Below, piece by piece: positions 31,572 through 42,524 of a stretch of DNA of 64,000 bases. The notes under the pieces are model-generated. The model was not told the origin of the DNA. It saw only the letters and a list, made by a program, of their open reading frames with translations, and did no database searches. The translations under genes were made by a program, and so were the position numbers. This DNA is from an uncultured Nitrososphaeraceae archaeon. Lineage in GTDB: Archaea; Thermoproteota; Nitrososphaeria; Nitrososphaerales; Nitrososphaeraceae. The DNA lies in the NCBI GenBank assembly GCA_963729045.1, contig CAVSMN010000007.1:96001-160000 (forward strand), in the 5' to 3' direction. Position 1 is the stretch's first letter. Each line of letters starts with the position of its first letter.

Positions 31572-32138
31572 GTGAATAAAAAAAATCTGTACTATTCAAA
31601 TGAAAAAAAAGTTAATCCTTATTATTTTGACGGCCAGGTAATAATTAGAGAAATTTATAATGAATCTAATAGTAATGATCAGGAAGTATATTTTGTAGAA
31701 TTTTCTACTGGTGCATTGACTACTATTCATTTTCATGAAACTGAACAATTCTTAGTTCCTGTGTACGGAAATGGCGTGATTGGTGAAATCGAGACTAACA
31801 AGTCTAATTCTTTGTTGGATTCGACTTTTGAGAATCTGATCATAAAATCACTTAATGTTGGAGAAATCGTTTCAATCAAACCAAATATTTTCCATTTTCA
31901 TGGTGCTTCTCCAGGTCAAAATTTTTCACATATGGCATTTAGAAAGATGTTTGAAACTAGACAAGGATCTGAAAAGACTGAACCAGAACCAGTTCATACA
32001 CTAACAAAATGGGGTTATGAAATTATCGCTAAAGAACTCGAATCAGACGATCAATCTCAAATATTAAATGAGTTGAATAGAATTTCTGAAAAAATTCGAA
32101 GTGCCGTTTATGCATGGGCAAAGGACAAGAATCTCTGA
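31572..32138 (+). CDS. Cupin domain protein
   Basis: F..GA.T..H.H..Q and P...HFHGA cupin motifs. Confidence 0.82.
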   Translation: MNKKNLYYSNEKKVNPYYFDGQVIIREIYNESNSNDQEVYFVEFSTGALTTIHFHETEQFLVPVYGNGVIGEIETNKSNSLLDSTFENLIIKSLNVGEIVSIKPNIFHFHGASPGQNFSHMAFRKMFETRQGSEKTEPEPVHTLTKWGYEIIAKELESDDQSQILNELNRISEKIRSAVYAWAKDKNL

Positions 32139-32186
32139 CCCGATAAATTATAGAAAAAAGTGATGTTTGAATCAAAAAAATGATGG

Positions 32187-32429
32187 CTAGTTACTTTCGT
32201 TTTCGTTAATTGAAAGACTATCCTCTAAGTCATTTACTGGATTGCTGATGCTTGTATCGTTTTCAAGAATTCCAGTGTTATTTCCTTCTATTCCTTCAAA
32301 TTCTTGGACTGTTTCGGTATCGTTAGGATACATGGCTGTTGTATTTTGTGCAAACGCATTACCAATGCTAAAACTCACAAGTATTGCTGCAAAAGTAAAA
32401 ACTGTGACAATGACTTTTCTATTTTCCAT
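32187..32429 (-). CDS. Small secreted acidic protein
   Basis: Signal peptide ending AFA-Q; several NxT sequons. Confidence 0.7.
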   Translation of the reverse strand: MENRKVIVTVFTFAAILVSFSIGNAFAQNTTAMYPNDTETVQEFEGIEGNNTGILENDTSISNPVNDLEDSLSINENESN

Positions 32430-32538
32430 TGAATAAAAAAGTATTAATGTTTTATAAAAGTATATTGAAAATTATTATATTATTTAGAACAGGATCAGTA
32501 ACCAAAAGAATAATGACGAGTTTGGCTTGATTCTTTTA

Positions 32539-33525
32539 TTACTTTGTAAGATTGTTAAGCCATCCTAGCTTTCTGAAATAGTATAGCATTATGATTACCG
32601 ATCCAACTGAAAATCCTGCGGTAACGATTAATGGCATAAAATCTATAAAATTGTAGCCATAATTCGTGCTTCCTGGGATATTGATATTCATTCCATAAAA
32701 AGTTCCGACTACTGTTACTGGAATTGATAATGTAAACAGGATTGTCAAGAAACTCAATATCTTGTTAGTTTTCTCACTGCTTAGCATATGATCTGTATCT
32801 TTGTATATTTCGATGGTTTCTTTTGACTCATCTAGTGCTTCAAGTACTTTGGAAACATGATCATTGATGTCATTAAAATAAGAAATAAGGTCTTCCTCTT
32901 CTAAGTCGGTAGAGAATTTTCTTACGTCCCTTGAAATGATTTCCAACATGATTCTTTTCAGAGGGACTACTATTCGTCGAAGAGTAGTTATTTCTCGCCT
33001 CAACATGGAGATTTCTTTTGCCACAGCCACTTGGTCATCAAAAACTGCATCCTCAATATCATCCAGGTTGCCTATTACCTTCATCAATATATGAAGCAAA
33101 TCATCCACCAGAGCGTCTAAGATTGAGTGCAAAAGGTATCCTGGAGAATTTCCCATTATGTTTTGTTTGTTCTTTCCATTATCTAATTTGCAAGCCTGAA
33201 ATAGCTCAGAGAGTGGTTTCAAGTCACCATGATGAATGGATATTAAAAAGTCTTTTCCAATGAATAATGAGAGTTGGCTAAATTTAGGGGAAGTTTTTTC
33301 CTTCTGGGTCGTCGGAAATTGTAAAATAATAAAAACATGATCCTCGTACCTATCTATTTTGGGCAATTGATTTTTGGACAAACAATCTTCAATGTTTAAT
33401 TCATGAAGTGAATATTCTTTGGAAACCAGGTCCATTTTTTCCCTGGTCGGCTGTTCGATATATACCCATTCCAATCCTCTACTTCCCAGTGAATCCAACC
33501 CATGAAATCGATTAGATAACTTCAT
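32539..33525 (-). CDS. corA: CorA family Mg2+/Co2+ transporter
   Basis: YGMN signature, two C-terminal TM helices, IEDCL..QLPKID. Confidence 0.92.
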   Translation of the reverse strand: MKLSNRFHGLDSLGSRGLEWVYIEQPTREKMDLVSKEYSLHELNIEDCLSKNQLPKIDRYEDHVFIILQFPTTQKEKTSPKFSQLSLFIGKDFLISIHHGDLKPLSELFQACKLDNGKNKQNIMGNSPGYLLHSILDALVDDLLHILMKVIGNLDDIEDAVFDDQVAVAKEISMLRREITTLRRIVVPLKRIMLEIISRDVRKFSTDLEEEDLISYFNDINDHVSKVLEALDESKETIEIYKDTDHMLSSEKTNKILSFLTILFTLSIPVTVVGTFYGMNINIPGSTNYGYNFIDFMPLIVTAGFSVGSVIIMLYYFRKLGWLNNLTK

Positions 33526-33614
33526 CCTACATAACCCTTGTTAGTCTCATTTAATTTCAATAACTCCCTACTAATTAATCTACTATGGACCGAAGTTTTA
33601 ATTTCAATATATAA

Positions 33615-33995
33615 TTATTTTTTAGGTGGAAAATCCTTCAAATTATCTGACTTGCACCTGTGGCAATTCGGTGACTCCGATGAGGCGAGATAATTAATGT
33701 AATAGCAATTTGCACATTGCTTTCGTACAAACTTTGATATTAGCATGACTGCGCCAGAGTCTTCCTTGATGACTAAAACATTTCTATGATGGAGATCAGT
33801 TATAACGATATTAAATAATTTGATTATCTCTTCCATGTTCCATGTTTTATATTTGAGGTAATTTTCTTTCATGAAACGGCAGATTTCGTTAGTATCAAAT
33901 ATGCTCTTAAAGTCATTATCATTCCTATTGTTTATTCGAAAGAAATAATCTCGCAGATACCATTCAAATTCGAATGATAGAATTTCAGTATTCAA
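33615..33995 (-). CDS. Hypothetical protein with C-terminal zinc ribbon
   Basis: CANC...CHRC. Confidence 0.7.
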   Translation of the reverse strand: MNTEILSFEFEWYLRDYFFRINNRNDNDFKSIFDTNEICRFMKENYLKYKTWNMEEIIKLFNIVITDLHHRNVLVIKEDSGAVMLISKFVRKQCANCYYINYLASSESPNCHRCKSDNLKDFPPKK

Positions 33996-34100
33996 GTTCT
34001 TTTTTTAATAAATATTATTATTTTTTAATTCTTTCGATTTAATAATACATAGTAATCAAAGCAAATCTTAATTTATCAACTGATCGATGGATCGGCTGAT

Positions 34101-35193
34101 TTATGTTGTTGATGGCGAATCTGCAAATTGCATGGAAATTACTTTCTTTAACTTTGTAAGGTTATAACCCAGTTGAGCTGAAACTGGGATGATTTGATCG
34201 ATGTTTTCAGTTACATTCAGACTCTTTCATCTTGTCCTTGATTTCATTGTTTTTTACCATGTCTATTTTGTTAAGTACTAGTATACATTTTTGAAATGGA
34301 ATTTGCAATTTTGATAAGATTTCCAGGGAACTCATCAATTTTTTCTTGATAATGGGAACATCATCAGCAAAATCAATTATCAACAAAATTACATTAGCAT
34401 AATTCAGTTCAGATAATGTAGACTTGAAGGCTTCAATCATGTATGGGGGTAACTTACTAATGAACCCAATTGTATCTGATACAAGAACTTTCCTCCCTTC
34501 AATCTCAGAAGAACGGGTAAAGGTCGTCAATGTTGTAAAAAGTTTCGTACTTGTCTCTTTATTCTCGTTAGTTAGTATGTTAAACAACGATGTTTTACCC
34601 GCCGAAGTATAACCAGTTAACGATATCAATGGAATGCTACTTGAGAGCCTTTGGACCCTGTGGAGAGCTCTTTTTCTCTCTTCTGCTTGTAGTTTTTTCT
34701 TCAATAACGCGGATCTCCTCTTAATGTCCAAAATGTGCACATCTGCATCATATTTTCCTAATCCATAAAATCCGGGCTGCTCCCCTAACTTTGCAAGTTT
34801 TGCCTTTTCTTTCACTCGGACAATATCATATTTTAGTTGTGCTAACTTTACTTGAATCTTTGATTCATTTGTTACCGCTCTATTTAGAAAAATTTCTAGA
34901 ATCAATTTTTCTCTGTCCACAATGTCTATCTTGCACAATCTTGCAAGATTGTATTGTTGACTTGGTTTTAGTATTTCATCAAATATGATTACATCAGGTT
35001 TTAGTGCTGCAACTCTTTCTTTGATCTCTTCTGCCTTCCCCTTTCCAACACCAAATCTAGAACGGGTAATGTTTTTTTGGCTAATCACTTCTAGGATGGA
35101 ATACCCAATTGATTCAGCAAGGCCTTTCGCCTCGGATAGGGCAAATTGGTTTGGATATGTGATTAATATCGCTTTCCTATCCTCTGAATACAT
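34101..35193 (-). CDS. hflX: GTPase HflX; apparent +1 frameshift near 34227
   Basis: GYTSAGKTS, DTIGFI, NKID; G5-like PVSA continues in the shifted frame to a stop at 34101. Confidence 0.92.
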
Positions 35194-35320
35194 TAATTTT
35201 AAATTTTCTATTCAAAGTATCCAATTTAAACCATCAGCTCATGCGACCACCATCAATTTGGAATTTTGACGAGATTTATTTGATAAAGTTAAATAATTTG
35301 TCTTAAATATCATATATTGT

Positions 35321-35818
35321 TTGCAATTAGCATTAAGGAGAGTTAACGGCTATTTAATCCGAAGATGTGCTTACGAGGATTTAAATTCAGTAATCAGCAT
35401 TAATTTAAAGACTCTTCCGGAACATTATACTGAGTATTTTTTTGAGTCTCTCTTACGCGAAATTCCAGAAGCATTCATCATAGCTGAAATTAATAATATG
35501 GTAGTGGGCTATATAATGTGCAAATTAGAGTTTGGCTTCTCGAATTTTAGGAAACTCGGGTTCGTGAAAAAGGGACATGTTGTATCCATAGCATTGTTGC
35601 AAGAGCACAGAGGAAAAAATATCGGTGAGGCATTGATGATGGAGGGAATTAACGGGATATCAACAAGAAAGGGTGACGAGATATATTTGGAAGTTCGTAC
35701 TAGTAACGGTCCTGCTATCTCGTTATACCAAAAACTCGGGTTTCAAATCAAATCAGTATTAAAATCTTATTATAGAGATGGGGAAGATGCCAATTTGATG
35801 GCCCTAGAAATATCATAA
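35321..35818 (+). CDS. N-terminal protein acetyltransferase (Ard1/RimI GNAT)
   Basis: LPEHY, GHVVSIA, LEVR.SN..AI.LY, YY.DGEDA. Confidence 0.92.
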   Translation: MQLALRRVNGYLIRRCAYEDLNSVISINLKTLPEHYTEYFFESLLREIPEAFIIAEINNMVVGYIMCKLEFGFSNFRKLGFVKKGHVVSIALLQEHRGKNIGEALMMEGINGISTRKGDEIYLEVRTSNGPAISLYQKLGFQIKSVLKSYYRDGEDANLMALEIS

Positions 35819-36458
35819 AGTCAACAAACTATTACAATTATCTTGTATCAAAATATGAATTAAATATATGGTATTTTGCTATATCAGTATGAATATTTTT
35901 GAGCCCTCCACCTTATTAGCTGTTTTCCCATATGTTTTCATCTCCTCTTTTCCAATATTTGGAATAATATTGGTTACATATTGGCTGGTAAAGGATAAGA
36001 GATCAAAAATCAGAAAAAATTGATTTAGTAACAACTGTTGGGTTTGAAGTTCTTTTCTCATAATAATACCATTAATTGGTATAATTATTGAATTTTTGTC
36101 ATTTTCTGCACTGACTTGAATTGTTGAATTTATTATCTTACTGCATTATGATGGTAGTCTGACCATCAATAATCCAGCATCCAATAGAGATATTATTGTT
36201 ATTCACCATAGAGAATCCCTTTTCAAATCAGTCAATCAAAACCTTGTGAAGTAAAATATGTGAATACAAAGAGGTAGCAGAAGAATCTTATCAAAACATT
36301 TCTTTTAAAAGTGCTATTTGGAGACAATAAAACCAATCAAGAACATCTGATAAGAATCTTCTATCATTTTGAAGAAACGATTATTATTTGACAAATGAGT
36401 ATATTTTTTTTTATCCTGTATTTAATCTAACTAGACTATTAGAGACATTGAAATCAGT

Positions 36459-36752
36459 TTGCTGATAAAGGGAAGAGAAAGGGGTAAAACAAAGTATCGG
36501 GATAAGTGTCAAATCTTCTACCTAATTGTAAAGAGTTGCATAGGGAAATATCAAACCAAGAATAAACTAAGTTATTACAGTTCATATAAAAGATTGAATG
36601 ATTATTTGGCAGACTTGATACGTTTGAATTTATTATTGTTTGATGAGAAAAAACAAAGATTCATAGCGACTCCCAAGGGAAATGACTTTGTAAGGAAATA
36701 TGATAATATCATAGAATATATTCCATCTTTCAAGAGAGATTATGAAATCTAG
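36459..36752 (+). CDS. Winged helix-turn-helix protein
   Basis: KYRD...I, YL..L....LL, TPKG..F pattern of archaeal wHTH proteins. Confidence 0.7.
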   Translation: MLIKGRERGKTKYRDKCQIFYLIVKSCIGKYQTKNKLSYYSSYKRLNDYLADLIRLNLLLFDEKKQRFIATPKGNDFVRKYDNIIEYIPSFKRDYEI

Positions 36753-36989
36753 TGCCTACCACTGATGCCATGGTGGGTAACCCCTTTAATTCATACCCGA
36801 TTGGTTCATATTTTATTAATTTTTCTTCCTTTGGTCACTCAGTGGTTCAAATTTTCTATTTTCAAATGGTAATCTAATGGACTGGATATTGTCATTTATT
36901 TTATATTTATTTCAAAATTCTGAGCTAGTATCATTTATGTTCTATAAGGTGATAGTATTTTCTATAATGGTTTTAACATAATATTGTTG

Positions 36990-37003
36990 ACTGACCAGTC
37001 AGT
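36990..37003. promoter_or_regulatory. Candidate TetR operator ACTGAC-CA-GTCAGT
   Basis: Perfect 6-bp inverted repeat about 10 bp upstream of the 37013 operon, whose second gene is a TetR regulator. Confidence 0.6.
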
Positions 37004-37012
37004 AATATTTAT

Positions 37013-38176
37013 ATGACTTGTTTGCTAGGTAGATATATGGAACCGATCCTTTCTCCATCGACCAATGCTCTTAAATTTTCTATGGTTGTGTTGATGTTTG
37101 CATCTGTTGGTTCCTTAATGCAAATAAGTGCTGGTAATTGGGATGTCACTTCACATTTATTGTCAAGCCCTGAATCGTTTTTTACACCTTCTCATGCCTT
37201 ACTTTACACTGGCATAGGCATTTTATCACTTTCTTCCATCATTGGAGCTATCCTAATGCTAAAATTTGGAGAATTAAAGAGGCACGGTTTAACTCTATCA
37301 TTCAAATTACTTATTATAGGATCAATAATTTCAATTATATCAGGCCCAAGTGATTTTATTTGGCACCAAACCTTCGGTGTCGATGGATTTCTGAGTCCAA
37401 CACATCTGATGTTAATTACAGGAATGCTAATCAATTCCTTAGCTGTAGTAATCGGGCTGGTTCGTTTAACTTCATTTGTCAAGACCGGCACCTTTTATCA
37501 AATTGGGAGGATTTTCATAGTCCCCGCTCTAATAGCAGTATGGCTAAATTTGCTATCCTATGTTTACATGCTTGCTTTGCCAATTTCTGATGGCGAACTG
37601 TTTAACTTTAATCTAAACCCAATAGCAGAATCGTTAATCGCGTTAGTATTATTGCCATTGATTAATTCAGGACTGTTCCTGTTTGTTTTGAGGAAAACCC
37701 ATACATTCGGGTTCGCTAGCGCCATAGCAGCAGGAGTCATCTTATTAACAGCATTTACTAATATATTACCCTCTCAAGCACTCTCGAATTTACTCCCTTT
37801 TTACCTATTATCAATTATTCCATTTGTATTAGTCGACATGCTAGTTTACGACAAATTGCCATTGGGCAATAGAATAATTAGCAATAAACTCAAATTCGCA
37901 ATAGCTGGTGCTATTTCTGGTTCGCTTTTTTATGTTATTGGATATCCTCTTCTTCCTCTGACACTGTCTAATTACCTGATGCCTGTGGATTTGGAGCAGA
38001 CCGGATTTGTAACTATTGTTGATATAATTCCAAGTTTTGAAAGTTCTTTACACGTGGTATTGCCAATAACCATTCTTATCGGTGCTATTCTGGGGATACT
38101 GTCTTCCCGGATTTACGAAAGAATCGATGGTTTCAAGGAAAAAAATTCAAAATCTGATAAAGTGATTTTTGAATAA
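37013..38176 (+). CDS. Polytopic membrane protein with two AmoC/PmoC-like D-x3-H-x12-H motifs
   Basis: WDVTSHLLSSPESFFTPSH and SDFIWHQTFGVDGFLSPTH; about ten hydrophobic segments. Confidence 0.75.
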   Translation: MTCLLGRYMEPILSPSTNALKFSMVVLMFASVGSLMQISAGNWDVTSHLLSSPESFFTPSHALLYTGIGILSLSSIIGAILMLKFGELKRHGLTLSFKLLIIGSIISIISGPSDFIWHQTFGVDGFLSPTHLMLITGMLINSLAVVIGLVRLTSFVKTGTFYQIGRIFIVPALIAVWLNLLSYVYMLALPISDGELFNFNLNPIAESLIALVLLPLINSGLFLFVLRKTHTFGFASAIAAGVILLTAFTNILPSQALSNLLPFYLLSIIPFVLVDMLVYDKLPLGNRIISNKLKFAIAGAISGSLFYVIGYPLLPLTLSNYLMPVDLEQTGFVTIVDIIPSFESSLHVVLPITILIGAILGILSSRIYERIDGFKEKNSKSDKVIFE

Positions 38177-38808
38177 TGTGCGCAAAGGTTACTTTACAAC
38201 ACAAGTTAGAAATTCGAGATCGGATCATTGCCGCTGCACTAATTTCTTTTTCTAAAAAAGGGTTTGATAAAACAAGAATGGACGATATTGCTTTAGAGTC
38301 AAATGTGAGCAAGGGAACTCTCTATATTTATTTTGAGAGTAAAGAGGACCTTTTTTATGCATTATGTGAAAAGAACTTGGTTGAACTAAGAAAACAATTA
38401 TTTTCATTATTCGATACCAATCATGAACTCAATAATACAAAGAATCAAAAATTAATTTCCGATACAAAAGAATATTACAATAATTTTAGCCATTTTGAAA
38501 ATAGTTACATAATTTTTCTAGAAATCTTGTCGAAATCCACACGAAATGAAAAATTAAGATCAATACTATATTCTCAACACAAACAGATTTTTGAGGTCAT
38601 GAAAGAACATATCCTTAGCTACTTCAAGAATGACCAAAAAATCACTATTCTAGAAGATCATGAGATTGATTGTATTGTTATGAGCCTAATTGCAGTTTAC
38701 AACGGCCTAATGATGAATAGGCTACTCGGAGTAGAAGAGGAAGCAAACAAAAAGACATGGGTTGACAGCGTAAGCAGGATTCTCGGGACTACCGTAAAGG
38801 TACAATAA
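38176..38808 (+). CDS. TetR/AcrR family transcriptional regulator
   Basis: F..KGF..T.MDDIA....VSKGTLYIYF.SKEDL; TAATG overlap with the upstream gene. Confidence 0.93.
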   Translation: MCAKVTLQHKLEIRDRIIAAALISFSKKGFDKTRMDDIALESNVSKGTLYIYFESKEDLFYALCEKNLVELRKQLFSLFDTNHELNNTKNQKLISDTKEYYNNFSHFENSYIIFLEILSKSTRNEKLRSILYSQHKQIFEVMKEHILSYFKNDQKITILEDHEIDCIVMSLIAVYNGLMMNRLLGVEEEANKKTWVDSVSRILGTTVKVQ

Positions 38809-39119
38809 ACTATCAGTGCAAAGTCTCTTGTTTATACTCTAGACCATTTTACTAATGTCTTTTTACTTATCTGAGGGAGGCTTTTTCGTATTTGATAGAT
38901 ATCTTGATAATGTTTTACCCAGAATTAGCACAAAATAGAATTTCATAAAACTACCAAAAATTGAAGTAAATATCGGTTATGGGGACAATTGCAATTGATA
39001 TCAATTTGGTGAGAGCAGTCTTCTAAAGAGACCAGAAATATTTCAATTCATTATTACATTAAAAGAATTTCTAAATACGTCTGTTTTGTTAATTCTTTTT
39101 TATGAAAAAGTATTTAAAG

Positions 39120-39356
39120 TTAATTGTTCACATATTCAATTGCAATTGATTCGTCACAGTTTGATAATTTCAATCTCTTTATCAATGTTTCAAGGCTGCA
39201 ATCATTATCTATTTGGATTTTGTCTTTAACCGCTACATATTGATTGCTAAAATCTCTCTTCAATCCATCATAATTAGAATAAAACCATTCAAAATTGTCT
39301 CTTAATTTTTCAAATTTTACGAATGCTTCATCATTTAAGGAAGATTCAAGACTCAT
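39120..39356 (-). CDS. Small DUF5678-like hypothetical protein
   Basis: NFEWF..NY..L...F.NQYVAV. Confidence 0.6.
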   Translation of the reverse strand: MSLESSLNDEAFVKFEKLRDNFEWFYSNYDGLKRDFSNQYVAVKDKIQIDNDCSLETLIKRLKLSNCDESIAIEYVNN

Positions 39357-40037
39357 CTTACATGACTAAGAATATTATAGTAAATTCTTTCATAAAAATG
39401 TTATGATATTTTTCATTGGTAACATTATGATTTTCTCCGTAAGCAATTATTTCGGCAAAAATCAGTAAGCAAGGTTGAAAATACCAGCTGGAATATGTTA
39501 AAGTGCATCCTAAGGAGGGAAATCATGTTGTATATTTAGTCCATTTTGACAACGAAAACTTGCATGATTCTCAAGAATAGTTGGGAGTTAGTACCACTGT
39601 CTGTGTTCCATTAAAAATAAAGTTCAATCTGCAGAGGTTTAATCTCTTACTTGGCAACGACAATGTTAATAATTTCTTCTACGCATTCACAGAAATTTGT
39701 TAACCTGTCGTGATGACTTGGGGTTTTCTTATAAATATTTTAGCAATAAAGATTTGTATAAAAGTATAATAAATAATAATCTTCTTTAAAGTAACAAATG
39801 TCAGAATCCTCTGACGTATATCATTCATACTAGCAAAAAAATCTTTGCCAATTTCTATATCAATTAGCATGTATTAATTTAGAAAAGTTTTGAATGCATT
39901 CTTTACAAATAAAGATATACCTCTCTAGATTCTGGAATTTCGATCCTTTAATGTTAATAAATATCTATGATTTGATATTAGTTAACTAATGGTTTCTGTT
40001 GTAATGTTATTATTAGATTAGCGTTTATTTTGTTTTA

Positions 40038-40634
40038 GTGAAGGGATTCCTATCTGTAGAAAGATTAAAAGGTCTGAGTGATTCTGTTCTTTTGGTCGCC
40101 TTAACGATACTTGCGTATAATCTTATCCCTCCTAACTTAGTAAATGGTCAAGCAGATCCAACAGAACTTGACAGTTTCTATGATACTCTTTATGGCATGG
40201 TGTCTAGTTTTTTTGTAATTTTTGTATTTTGGATGCTATATATGAAGATACTTGATCATCTCACAGTGCCTGATGACATAGTAATATTGACTTCGTTGGT
40301 ATTCTTTTTATTTATACTAGTAATACCGGTGTTTACTCTGGCACAAGTACAGTACGAAAGTGCTTCAGCAGTAGTTTTTCTATCACTACTAATGATTCTT
40401 ACTGACTTGATCTTAATTTTCTTATGGAAGTACATACACAATAAATCACTGAGTGTTGACCATGGAAATAGGGAATTAAGAAGTATTCATAATATGTTTT
40501 TTGTAATTCCAACTCTTTACATCATATCCATTCTGTTAACATTTTATAGCATCAAACTTTCAATAATATTACCAATTGTAATGATTCCAACTTTATTATT
40601 GTTGAAGGGTCTCTTCGGTAAGAATGATAGGTAA
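40038..40634 (+). CDS. TMEM175 family potassium channel-like protein
   Basis: ERLKGLSDSVLLVALTIL variant of the RxxxFSD helix-1 motif; about six TM helices. Confidence 0.8.
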   Translation: MKGFLSVERLKGLSDSVLLVALTILAYNLIPPNLVNGQADPTELDSFYDTLYGMVSSFFVIFVFWMLYMKILDHLTVPDDIVILTSLVFFLFILVIPVFTLAQVQYESASAVVFLSLLMILTDLILIFLWKYIHNKSLSVDHGNRELRSIHNMFFVIPTLYIISILLTFYSIKLSIILPIVMIPTLLLLKGLFGKNDR

Positions 40635-41135
40635 TAGAGGCACCTATTTCCCAGATATTAATAAATGGAATATGGAATTTTAATTAAAGATTTGGCAGAT
40701 AGGGCCGATTTGAACGTTGAGATGAGTTAATATCCTTATAGTATAGATACCGAAAAAGGAAGAATAATTACACTAATAAGAACATCATACTAATTAAGAT
40801 TGGCTATATTACTGTATTAAAAGAAACCAGATGCAACAAGAGTAGGGCTAGTCTAATCACCTTTGAATAGATGTTTTGTTCTTTAATAAAGAATTTAATG
40901 GGAGTAGAGTACTCACACAATAAATGAGAATATTGTAATTATGGCAATGATATAATTCCTGGTTTGTTTGAGAAGTTAATGTCTGCTATAAATGTTGCAG
41001 TAGTATTACTCACTTTTAGTTGTAAACATTTGATCACTACCCAACTTCAATACACTGCTAACATTCTTTTGAAAAACACACACAGGTGAGGGCTGGATGC
41101 TTACTTGATGGATATTGAATACTAAATATATCTAA

Positions 41136-41606
41136 TTATCTACGACCTCCAAAGCCGCCATGTTCACCTGCGCCATTCTGTGGTGAAAAGCCCCCGCCAT
41201 TCTGTGGTGAAAAGCCTCCGCCATAGTGTTCATGTGTAACTCCAGTGTGATGGACATATGCCCCACTACCACTTGATTGCACATGATTACCAGTATTGTA
41301 TATCGCATAGTGGCTGTGAGTACCACTAGAGTGATTATCATAGGCGGTTCTGCTATCTCCTCTGTTATCATGAATCACCTTGTTACCATTATCATCATAA
41401 TGAAATTTCTGGCTATGATTGTTATCTACATAATAGTACTTGTGACCATCATTATCGTACCAATAGTGGTGACCTTGAGCATTGGTATAATAGTTATTAC
41501 CATTTTGATCCTTGTAGTAGTTATTACCACTGTCATCAGTGTAATAATAGTTGTCACCTCTATCGGAGTTGTCGTTATCTTCATCGTAGTAAATTGGTTT
41601 TGGCAA
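41136..41606 (-). CDS. Tyr/Asp/Asn/His/Gly-rich repetitive protein, probably 5'-truncated
   Basis: Repeated YYxDxxGN-like units, His-rich middle, GGGFSPQN twice (24-bp repeat). Confidence 0.55.
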   Translation of the reverse strand: MPKPIYYDEDNDNSDRGDNYYYTDDSGNNYYKDQNGNNYYTNAQGHHYWYDNDGHKYYYVDNNHSQKFHYDDNGNKVIHDNRGDSRTAYDNHSSGTHSHYAIYNTGNHVQSSGSGAYVHHTGVTHEHYGGGFSPQNGGGFSPQNGAGEHGGFGGRR

Positions 41607-42168
41607 TTGTTATGACCCTGTTAGTATTGAAAATTGTTGTACCTGATCTATCTAGTCCAGAAGCTGAAAATGAGCTTCCAAAACGATTACTTGAATTGGG
41701 GACGGATGTTTGGAACTATGCAACTAGCTTCATAATCTTGAAGTTTATTGGATTGCTCATGATGATCAATTTCACTACATCAAGCGTGCGATTCGAATGC
41801 TTTTCTGGATAACTATCTTTTATTTAATGTTCATAGCATTCATATCAATTTCTAATTCTAATTAGAAAATATGGAGATCAGCAGATCTCATTATCATATA
41901 TGGAATCAATATTATTATAATACTAATTTGGGCATACTTGCAATGGAAGTACGCTACAAAAGAACATCGTTTAGTAGATAGCGATCTCGATCCCAAATTC
42001 ATAACAATAGTGTCAAGAAGAGTAATTGTAGGATTAATACCTTACTCGATAGCGATTGCTGTTTAATTTCTAAATACTCAAGTATCTATTATATTATTTG
42101 CATTGATTTCTATATATTATCTCATACCTCCAAAATATTTTTGGCTTCGATTTACTAAAGATAGGTAA
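41597..42168 (+). pseudogene. TMEM175 family pseudogene
   Basis: AIVMTLLVL..., YATSFII, then shifted FYWIAHDDQFHYIK and WKYATKEHRLVD; N-terminus missing, internal stop and frameshifts. Confidence 0.8.
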
Positions 42169-42365
42169 AAACTATCATGTCAGATTTATCTGGCCTTACC
42201 ATCATGATATTAGATCGACAGCACTTGAGAACGACTCGATGTTACATAGCCTGGAGTTTGTATACTTGTTTTTTTAGATTATGGATAAAGATTGCATGTT
42301 AATCAAGCTTTAGTTTGAATAATTCCTACTTTTATACTCGGTTCTTGGATACCACTCTTTGTCAG

Positions 42366-42392
42366 TTCAGATAAATCCAGGATTTATCTGAA
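42366..42392. other. 27-bp perfect inverted repeat TTCAGATAAATCC-A-GGATTTATCTGAA
   Basis: 13-bp arms are exact reverse complements. Confidence 0.8.
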
Positions 42393-42524
42393 TGTGTTGG
42401 CAATTCTCAAACCATAACCATCATAATGATGATTGTTGTTTCTTTATAGGTCACTACGGTAAAGTTCCATAACTGATTAAGCAAGAAAGATAATGCTACA
42501 TTACTAGCTATATCTGCCATTGTA

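Noticed and set aside
41132..41615. Alternative ORFs 41132-41371 (-) and 41277-41615 (+, Ile/Val-rich)
   Set aside because: Frame shadows of the low-complexity Y/D/N-rich ORF.
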